From the human T2T-CHM13v2.0 reference genome, Homo sapiens: 64,000 nt of DNA. Below, one piece after another: positions 54,165 through 64,000 of the stretch. Made by a program: the position numbers and the translations under genes. The stretch lies in the NCBI RefSeq assembly GCF_009914755.1, contig NC_060933.1. The stretch is one strand, 5' to 3'. The notes below the pieces were generated by a model. That model was not told where the DNA came from. It was given only the letters and a program-made list of their open reading frames with translations, and ran no database searches. Position 1 is the first letter of the stretch. Every line of letters starts with the position of its first letter.

Positions 54165-56889
54165 GTAAAAAAGTTTTCCCACTTTTATTTTAGGTTCAGG
54201 GGTACTCGTGCAGGATGTGTAAGTTTGTTACATAGGTAAACGTGCTATTGTTTTGTGCTGCACAGATCATTACCTATCACTTATCATCCTATCCCGTCAC
54301 CCAGATTATCCCAACACCCAGCTAATGGAAGCCTAGCATCCATTAGCTATTCTTCCTGATGCTCTCCATCCTCTCATCCCCCTGACCCTCCAACAGGCCC
54401 CAGTGTGTGTAGTTCCCACCCCTATGTGTCCATGTGTTCTCATCATTTAGCTTCTACTTCTAAGTGAGAACATGGAGTATTTAATTTTCTGTTCCTGCAT
54501 TAGTTTGCTAATTATAATGGCCACCAGCCCCATCCATGTTCCTACAAAGTACATGTTCTCATTCCTTTTTATGGCTGTATGGTATTTCATGGTGCATATG
54601 TACCACATTTTCTTTATCTGGTCTGTCACTGATGGACATTTAGGTTGATTCCATTTTACTCCACATAGTCTTCGCTATTGTGAATAGTGCTGCAATGAAC
54701 ATACACATGCATCTTTCTTTATGGTAGAACTATTTATATTCCTTTAGGTATATATTTAGTAATGGAATTACTGGGTCAAATGGTTCTTCTCCTTCTAGAT
54801 CTTTGAGAAATTGCCACACTTTCTTCCACTATGTTTAACCAATTTAAACTAACAAGACCCATTTTAAATGTGTTTCCTTTTCTCCACAACCCTGCCAGCA
54901 TCTGTTGTTTTTCTAATACTGTGGTTTATTTAATATTTTAATAATAGCCATTCTGACTGGTGTGAGATGGTATCTCATTGTAGTTTTGATTTGCATTTCT
55001 CTAATGATCAGTGATGCTGAGCTTTTTTTCATATGTTCATTGGCCGTGTGTATATCTTCTTTTGAGTTGTGTCTGTCCATGTCCTTTGCCCACTTTTTAA
55101 TGGGATTGTATGTTTATTCTTGTAAATTTGTTTAAGTTCCTTATAGATGCTAGATATTAGACCTTTGTCATATGGATTGATTGCAAACATGTTCGTCCAT
55201 TCTGTAGGTTGTCTCTTTACTCTGTTAATAATCTCTTTTGCTGCGCAGAAGCTCTTTTGTCTAATTAGATTCTGTTTGTCAATTTTTCCTTTTGTTGAAA
55301 TTGCTTTTGGCATCTTCTTCATGAAATCTTTGCCCATGCCTATGTCCTGGATGGTATTGCCTAGGTTTTCTTCTAGGGTTTTTATATTTTTAGGTTTTAC
55401 ATTTAAGTCTTTAATCCATCTTGAGTTGATTTTGCATATGATATAAAGAGGGCTCCAGTTTCAATTTTCTGCATATGACTAGCCAGTTCTCCTAGCACAA
55501 TCTGTTAAATAGGGAATGTTTTCCCACTGCTTGTTTTTTGTCAGATTTGTGGAAAATCAGATGATTGTAGGTGTGCAGTCTTATTTCTGGGTTATCTGTT
55601 CTGTTCCATTGGTCTATGTGTCTGTTCTTGTACCAGTACCATGCTGTTTGGTTAACGTAGCCCTCTAGTATAGTTTGAAGTCAAATTGTGTGATGCCTCC
55701 AGCTTTGTCTGTTTGCTTAGGATTGCTTTGGTTATTCAGACTCTTTTTTGGTGTAATGTCAAATTTAAAATAGTTTTTTTTTTCTCTAATTCTGTGAAGA
55801 ATGCCAATGGTAGTCTTATGTGAATGGTATTGAATCTGTAAATTGCTTTGGGCAGTATGACCATTTTCATGATATTGATTCTTCCTATCCATGAGCATAA
55901 AATGTTTATACATTTGTTTCAGTCAATTCTGATTTCTTTTAGCAGTGGTTTGTGGTTCTCCTTGAAGAGGTCCTTCACCTCCTTGTTAGCTGTATTTCTA
56001 GATATTTAATTTTTTTGCGGCAATTGTGAATGGGGGTCTATTTGTGATTTGGCTGTCTGCCTGCCTGTTGCTGGTGTATAAGCATGCTAATGATTTTTGC
56101 ACATTGATTTTTGTATCTTGAGAATTTGCTGAAGTTTATCAGCTTAAGAAACTTTTGGGCTGAAACGTTAGGGTTTTCTAGATATTGGATCATGTCATCT
56201 GCAAACAGATATAGTTTGTTCCTCTCTTCCTATTTGAATACCTTTTATTTCTTTCTCTTGCCTCATTGCCCCAGACAGAACTTCCAATATTATGTTGAAT
56301 ATGAGTGGTGACAGAGGGCAACCTTGTCATGTACTGGTTTTCAAGGGCAATGATTCCAGTTTTTACCCATTCAGTATGATATTGGCTGTGGATTTGTCAT
56401 ATATGGCTCTTATTATTTTGAGAGATATTTCTTCAATACCTAGTTTATTGAGAGTTTTTAAAATGAAGGGATGTTGAATTTTATTGAAGGCCTTTTCTAT
56501 GTCAATTAAGACAATCATGTGGTTTTTGTCTTTAGTACCATTTATGTGATGAATCACATTAATTGATTTGCATATGTTGAACTAAACTTACAGTCTGGGG
56601 ATGAAACCTACTTGATTGTGGTGAATATGCTTTTTGATGTGCTGCTGGATTCTGTTGCTAGTATTTTGTTGAGAATTTTTGCATCAGTGTTCATCAGGGA
56701 CATTGGCCTGAAGTTTTCTTTTCATTTGTATCTGTGCCAGGTATAGATATCAGGATGATGCTGGCCTCAGAGAATGAGTTAGGGAGAAGTCCCTCCTTTT
56801 GAATTTTTTGGAATAGTTTCAGTACGAATGGCACCAGCTCTTCTTTGTACGTCTGGTAGAATTCAACTGTGAATAAATCTGGTCCAGGG

Positions 56890-56913
56890 TTTTTTTTTTT
56901 TTTTTTTTTTTTT
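56890..56913. repeat. Poly-T24 expanded inside L1 ORF2
   Basis: Directly visible. Confidence 0.9.
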
Positions 56914-59900
56914 GGTTGGTAGGATATTTATTACTTCTCAATTTTATAACTCATTATTGGTCTGTTCAGGGATTCAATTTCTTCCTGGTTCAGTCTTGGG
57001 AGGGAGTATATGACTAGGAATTTATCCATTTCTTCTAGATTTTCTAGTTTATGTGCATAGAAGTTTTCATAGTATTGTCTGATGGTTGTTTGTATTTCTG
57101 TGGGGTCAGTGGTGATATCTCCCTTATCATTTTTGATTATGTTTGTTTGAAACTTCTCTCTTTTTTTCTTTATTAGTCTATCTAGAAGTCTATTTTATTA
57201 TTTCTTTTTTTTTTCAAAAAACAGCTCCTGGATTTATTTATTTTTGAAGGGATTTTTGTGTGTCTATCTCTTTCAGTTCAGCTGTGATCTTGGTTTTTCT
57301 TGTCTTCTGCTAGTCTTGGAGTTTATTTGCTCTTGGTTCTCTAGTTCTTTTAGTTGTGATCTTAGGTTGTTAAGTTGAGATCTTTTTAACTTTTTGATGT
57401 GAGCAATTAGTGCTATAAATGTCCCTCAACTCCGTATCCCAGAGATTCTGGTACATTGCATCTTTTTCTCATTAATTTCAAAAAATTTCTTGATATCTGC
57501 CTTAATTTCATTATTTAGCCAAAAGTGATTCAGGAACCCATTGTTCAGTTTCCACGTATTTGTATGGTTTTGAGTGAATTTCTTAATCGTAAGTTCTAAT
57601 TTGATTGCACTGTGGTTCAAACGACTGTTTATGATATCAGTTCCTTTGCATTTGCTGTGAAGTGTTTTACTTCTCATTATGTGATCAATTTTAGAGTAAG
57701 TGCTATGTGGCAATGAGAAGAATAAGTATTCTGTTGTTTTGGGGTGGAGAGTTCTGTGGATGTCTATCATGCCCTTCTTGTTCCAGAGCTGAGTTCAGGT
57801 CCTGATTAACTTTGTTAATTTTCCATATTGATGATTCATCTAATATTTTCAGTGGGGTGTTAAAGTCTTCCACTACTATTGTGTGGAAATCAAAGTCTCT
57901 TTGAAGGTCTCTAAGAACTTGCTTTATGAATCTTAGTGCTCCTGTATTGGGTAGATATATATTTAGGATAGTTAGCTTTTCTTGTTGAATTGAACCCTTT
58001 ACCATTATGTGATGCCCTTCTTTGTCTTTTTTGGTCTTTGTTGGTTTAAAGTCTGTTTTGACAGAAGCAAGGATTGCAACCCCTGTTTTTTTTCTGTTTT
58101 CCGTTTGCTTGGTAAATTTCCCTCCATCTTTTTATTTTGAGCCAATGTGTGTCTTTGCATGTGAGATAGTTCTCTTGAAGACAGCATACCAATGGGTCTC
58201 GATTCTTTATCCAGCTTGCCACCCTGTGTCTTTTAATTGGGGCATTTATCCCATTTACATTTAAGGTTAGTATTGTTATGCATGGATTTGATCCCGTTAT
58301 CAGGAAGCTAGCTGGTTATTTTGTAGACTTGTCTATGTGGTTACTTCATGGTGTCACTGGTCTGTGCACTTCAGTGTGTTTTTATTGTGGCTGGTAATGG
58401 TTTTTCCTTTCCATATTTAGTGCTTCCTTCAGGAGCTCTTCTAAGGCAGGTCTGGTGGTAATGAATTCCCTCTGGATTTGCTTGTCTGAAAAGGATCTTA
58501 TTTCTCCCTCACTTATGAAGGATAGTTTGTCTAGATATAAAATTCTGGGTTGGAAATTTTTTCCTTAAGATTGTTGAATATTGGCCCCCAATCTTCTGGC
58601 TCATAGGATTTCTGCTGAGAGGTATGCTGTGAGTCTGATGGACTTTCCTTTGTAGGTGACCTGGCCTTTCTCTCTGGCTGCCCTTAACATTTCTTCTTTC
58701 ATTTCAACCTTGGAGAATCTGATGATTATGTGTCTTGGGGATGATCTCTTGGAGTATCTTACGGGGGTTCTCTGCATTTCCTGAATTTGAATGTTGTCCT
58801 GCCTTGCTAGGTTAGGAAGTTCTCCTTGATAATATCCTAAAGTATATTTTCCAAATTAGTTCCATTCTCCTTGTCTTTTTCAGGTGCCCCAATCAGTTGT
58901 AGATTTGATTTCTTTACATGATCCCATATTTCTTGGAAGTTTTATCCATTCCTTTTTATTATTTTTACCTCTATTCTTTTCTGCCTGTCTTATTTTAGGA
59001 AAATAGTCTTCAAGCTCTGAAATTCTTTCCTCTGCTTGGTCTATTCTGCTATTAATACTTGCGATTGCATTGTGAAGTTCTTTCTGTGTGTTTTTCAGCT
59101 CTGTCAGGTCAGTTATGTTCCTCTCTAAACTGTCTATTTTGGCTCTCAGCTCCTGCATTGTTCTATCATACTTCTTAGCTTCTTGGCATTGGGTTACAAC
59201 ATCATTCTTTAGCTCACATAACTTCGTTTTTGTTCATATGTTCAACCCTACTTCTGTTATTTCAGCCATCTCAGCCTCAGCCACATTCTGAGCCCTTGAT
59301 AGAGAGGTGTTGCAGTCATTTGGAGCAAAAGGGGTGCTCTAGATTTTTGATTTTTCATTGTTTTTGCGTTGATTATTTCTCATCTTTGTGGGCTTATCTA
59401 CCTCTGATCTTTGAGGTTACTTCTTTGGATGCAATTTTTTGTGGTTTGCTGTTATTGTTGCTGTTGTTTTCTGTTTGTTTCTTTTCCTTTTGACAGCCTG
59501 GCCACTCTTCTGTAGGGCTGCTGCTGTTTGCTGGGGGTCTGTTCCAGACCCTAGTCACTTTGACTTTTCCTGTACCTGGAGGTATTGCCCTTGAAGGCTA
59601 TGAAACAGCAAAGATGGCAGCCTGCCCCTTTTTCTGGAAGCTCTATCCCAGAGGGTTACTAACCTGTTGCTGCCCTAAATGTGCCTGTAGGAGGTGGCTG
59701 GAGACCCTAGTTGGGAGGTCTCATCCAGTCAGGAGGAATGGGATCAGAGACCCACTTAAGGAAGCAGTCTGGCTACTTTTTGGTAGAGCAGCTGTGCTGT
59801 GTTGGGGATCTGTTCAGCCCCCAATCCATTAGAGCTCTCCATGGCCCACAGACTGGACCGGCTGACATGCCTTAACAGAGAAGGTGGCAGCCTGCCCCAC

Positions 59901-60082
59901 CCCACTGGCACTGCAGCCCAGGGAGTAATTAGAACTCTGTCAGCTATAGAACATGGATGGGGATGGGTGGAGGCCCTAGCTGTGAGGACTTGCCCCATGT
60001 AGAAGAGTGGATTGCAGTCCCATTTAAAGAAGCAGTCTGGATATGCCTCAACAAAATAGTCATACCATGCTGCGGAACCGTC

Positions 60083-60448
60083 TATATTAGTCTGTTTTTA
60101 TGCTGCTGATAAAGGCATACCCAAGACGTTATAATTTATAAAGAAAAAGAGGTTTAGTTGACTCACAGTTCCACGTGGCTGAGGAGGCCTCACAATCATG
60201 GTGGAAGGCAAAAGGCACATCTCACAAGGCAGCAGGCAAGAAAGAATGAGAGCCAAGTGAAAAAGTAAACCCCTTAAAAACAATCAGATCCCATGAGATT
60301 TATTCACTACCATGAGAATAGTATGGGGGAAGCTGACCTCATGATTCACTTCAATTATCTCCCACCAGGACCCTGCCACAACACACCTGAATTATGGGAG
60401 CTACAATTCAAGGTGAGATTTGGGTGGGGACAGAGCCAAACCATGTCA
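60083..60448 (-). mobile_element. THE1 (C-like) MaLR solo LTR in the L1 5' UTR
   Basis: tattagtctgtttttatgctgctgataaag...gagatttgggtggggacagagccaaaccatgtca. Confidence 0.95.
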
Positions 60449-61467
60449 CCATGTCTGCCCCCATCTGCTTGGACTGTCCAAAGCCCACAGTCTGCAATGG
60501 CTGAGTTGTCCAATCAACCAAGGTGACAGCCTCCCCTCCCCTGGGCACTGTGTCCCAGGGAGAGATCGGAGATCTGTCCATAGAATACATGTGGGTGGGA
60601 GTGGCTGGAAACCCTGGCTGGGAGGTCCTGCCCAGTGAGGAGCAATGGATCAGGGTCCTGCTTAAAGAAGCAGTCTGGTCCATATTCTGGTAAAGAAGCT
60701 GTGCTGCACTGGGGGGACCCTTCCTCACCTGGACGGTTAAGGACTCCCCAAAGCCCACAGGCTGAAACGGCTGAGTTGACAAAACAGCAGAGATGGTGAC
60801 CGGTCCCTCCCCCCAGGGACTGTGTCCTATCTCAGGCAAGTTCCACTGTGTTGCCAGTGGCTGGCCGGAATTCCAAGACAGTGGGTCTTATCTTGTGAGT
60901 GCCATGGAAGTAGGGCCTGCAGACTGACGCTGCTTGAATCCATGGATTTGGCCCCCTTTCTAGGGGTATGTATGGACCTCCTGGCTTGCCTGAGTTGCAG
61001 ATACCTTTGATGGAGATCCTTGGCCTGTGGTATGTAAAGCTCCTGGTTGTCTGTGCACATCTGAGCAGCTGCTGTGTGTTGGACCCAAGGCTGCAGTGGC
61101 ATGGGCTCACTGGGGGTCTCCTGATCCAGGGGTTTCAAAGATCCGTGGGAGAAGCATGGTTATTCAGAGTCACACAATCACTCTTTTTTCCCTTGGTGAG
61201 GGTGGGGGTTCCCTTGGCTTCCTGTCACTCCTGGATGGGCCGATGCCCCATCCTGCTTTTCTTCGTTCTCCATGAGTCTAGTTGTTTCTCTGATCAGTCC
61301 CAATGCCAGTACCTGGATATTTCAATTGAAGGTGCTGTATTCACTTGCTCCTTTAATTCCTCTCCATGAATGCCATGGACTGCAGCTGCTTCTAATTGGC
61401 CATCTTGCCCACCATCTGTATTTCTTATTGATAACTTTCTTGTTCCTTGGTGAATACCTGAAATCCC

Positions 61468-61555
61468 AATCACATCAATACATTTACTCATTTGCTTAAT
61501 TCTACAGTGCTAATCACATCAATACATTTACTCATTTGCTTAATTCTACAATGCT
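61468..61555. repeat. 44-bp tandem duplication
   Basis: aatcacatcaatacatttactcatttgcttaattctaca(g/a)tgct x2, one mismatch. Confidence 0.96.
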
Positions 61556-62390
61556 AATAAAATAGCTTCACAATACTATACCAATACCATTACTTACAGT
61601 GAACTACTAATTAATATCTATGGACTCTGAGTTATTTTTATCCTTCAAATACATTTCAGTTAAGGTGTACAGTCAGACTACTATGTTATGTGGTTATCAG
61701 TTTGATAACAGATACACTTATTTTTCTTTACCTATTTTTTTAAAAACAAAGGATAAAAAATCATTTTGACTTAGTTTTTAGAGTTTGTAAAATATATTTT
61801 CAAAATTCAAAAGTATATACAAGGATATACTTAGATAAGGTTTTTCCCACTTTTTTACTCTTCCACCCTTTTTCCCCTCATCCCCTACAGGTAACCATTT
61901 TCTTGTTTCTTATTCTTTATACGTTTCTTTTGGTTAAAAGAAATAAACAAATGGGTATATATAGCCTTGCTTTTTCTTACACAAAAAGTAAGAAATAAAA
62001 TATTATTTACTAGTTTTAAAATCTGTGCTGCAGTGTTATTTAGGTATCTTTTTTATTTTTAAAGCTCTCCATATGTGATTTTTTCCTTCTCTCCCAAAAC
62101 CATCTTTTGCTTTTGTTGTTCCTATTCATACTTTTAATTTTTTCCTTTACTTATGTTCTTCATAAGAAAATGTTATGCAGATTTTATGCATCTACTGGGA
62201 TGATAATGTCATTTTCTTAATTTTTCGGTTTATTGAAAACATTAATGTACGCTATAATGAAAAACAATTCGTAGATTATTGAAGTAAGCCATATTTGGTT
62301 ATCAGTAATTTTTTAAAACATTTCTGAATTGTTGGTATATGACAGACATTCAAAAATAAGATTAATCAATATTTGCTTTGCATTGTCTCA

Positions 62391-62663
62391 TTTTTTTAAT
62401 TTTGAATTTTTATGGATACATAAACTTTTATAGTTGTACATATTTATGGGGTACATGTGATATTGTATAATAATGAAATGTGGAATGATAAAATCAAGGT
62501 GATTGGGATATTTATCACTGCATGCATTTGTCATTTCTTTGTGTTAGGAACATTCCAGTTTAATTCTTTCAGTGATTTTGAAATATATATCAAATTATCA
62601 TTAACTATAGTCACCCTATTCTGCTACCAAAAACTAGGTCTTATTCTTTCAGTCTAACTGTAT
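62391..62663 (-). mobile_element. L1MA3/4-type 3' end within older L1M sequence (about 62000-63700)
   Basis: gtacatatttatggggtacatgtgata...ttaactatagtcaccct; TSD tctcattt. Confidence 0.85.
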
Positions 62664-63749
62664 TATCTCATTTGGTTATAAAATCAGGGCAACATTAGCC
62701 TCAGATTAATTTTGGCACCTTCCCCTTCTCTATAGTGTGGAGAACATTTGGTTTAACAAATACATTATCTGTAACTTGATGGTTTGGTAAAACTTAAATC
62801 CATGATGGTGGAGCAGGTGCTTTTTATGTGGGTAGATTTTGGACTTTTCTTTAAAATACTTTAATCATTATAGGCTTATTTATATTTTTAATTGCTTCTT
62901 GAGGTAAAATTTTACATAAATTATCTATTATATCTGATGTCAAATTTATTAGAAAACAGTTTAAATACTATTGTCATATAATATTTACTATATTCCTAGT
63001 TAGGTTCTCTTTTTCTTTCTCTTCAATTGTGGCATCCCTACTTGTACTTAATTGGTCTTGCTTAAGTTTTGTCTCCTTCATTCGACTTTTAAAAAATATT
63101 CCCTAATATTTCTTTATTTTTTGTTTCATTAGTTTCTGCTATTAACTTTATAGTTTTCTACCTTCTTTTTCCTTGGTGGTTTATCCATTGTTATTTTTCT
63201 AACTTTCCAAGTGAATAACTCACTTATTTCTAGTATTTGTTTGTAATATTGGAATTGTGGGCTGTTGATTTTCCTTGACTAGATATTTTACTTGCATCTT
63301 CAAGTTATAATATATATTGATTTTCTTGTTATTTTAGTCTAGATATTGTTTCCATTATGATTTCTTTTCTGATTACTTAAGTGTGTGTATGCTTCTGTGC
63401 ATACATGTGTGTGTGTTTTTTCCAATGTAATCCTTATTTTTTCCTGTAATTTTTAAATTTGTATTTTATTGCACTGAGGTAAAAAATATTCTGTATATCA
63501 GCTCCCAAATTCTCATTTTAACTTTTGGTTTACATTTTATGTGATGATTTTCTTTATTTTAGGGTTAGCTTTGTATTAACAATTAATTGTATAATTTTTA
63601 TAGAATATGTTAAGGGAGTGAGTGTATTTGCCACTTCAGCTTGTAGTGTCTCAATAACCCCAATATTTTGTCAAAGAAAACCAAATAGTCTTTTCTACTT
63701 GTTACAGAGCTAAAGTTGGAAGTGGAGAATTTTCTGATATGGTTGATTG

Positions 63750-63950
63750 CTTACTACATTTCAAATGCTTTACATATGTTGCCTCGTTAATTAATACTCT
63801 ACATATGTTACCTTTATCTATTAGGTAGATATTACCATTTTTGAGAATAAAAAAGTTGTTCCATGGTCACTTAATTAGGAGACCCAATAGTTAAGGTGTG
63901 ATCTTCTAATTTTGCAATTACTCCAACTTGGTCCCTTGATTCCTAGCCCA
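63750..63950 (-). mobile_element. MIR fragment
   Basis: tgctttacatatgttgcctcgttaatt, taggtagatattaccattttt. Confidence 0.55.
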
Positions 63951-64000
63951 TCACTATGGACTTTCTTTGTGGATTTCTAAACAATTCAAAACACGTAGAA

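Larger units (their letters stand above)
54165..61416 (-). mobile_element. Full-length inactive L1PA10-13-type LINE-1
   Basis: Antisense 3' UTR gcatccattagctattcttcctgatgctctcc, ORF2 and ORF1 remnants, 5' end ggccatcttg; TSD tgcatttctt 54155-54164 / tgtatttctt 61417-61426. Confidence 0.94.

Noticed and set aside
59560-61499. Dense cluster of overlapping ORFs up to 143 aa
   Set aside because: They lie in the GC-richer L1 5' UTR and THE1 LTR, where stops are rarer; no recognisable protein.

Overview
This is AT-rich, CpG-depleted primate genomic DNA, probably hominid given an L1PA2/3-type 3' UTR and AluS elements. Most of the window is transposon relics. These include two near-full-length dead L1s (about 40.0-47.6 kb on +, 54.2-61.4 kb on -), many older L1M pieces, five Alus plus a monomer, MIR/L2, MaLR/ERV1/ERVL LTRs, an ERVL internal remnant, Tigger1, Tigger3a, MER53 and MER5. 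No intact single-exon gene, RNA gene, CpG island or CRISPR array is visible, and nearly all ORF-track entries are repeat-derived or chance. The most interesting non-repeat signal is a chain of ten small AG..GT-bounded segments on the + strand (344-39557). They splice in frame into about 190 aa ending in a hydrophobic helix and a stop. I do not recognise the protein, and the chain could be partly coincidental. The retrotransposon architecture is well supported: three twin-primed (5'-inverted) L1s, two of them nested; a triplicated inversion junction; a multi-layer Tigger3a nest; and an in-frame chimeric ORF2. Subfamily names come from recalled consensus similarity, not a database search.
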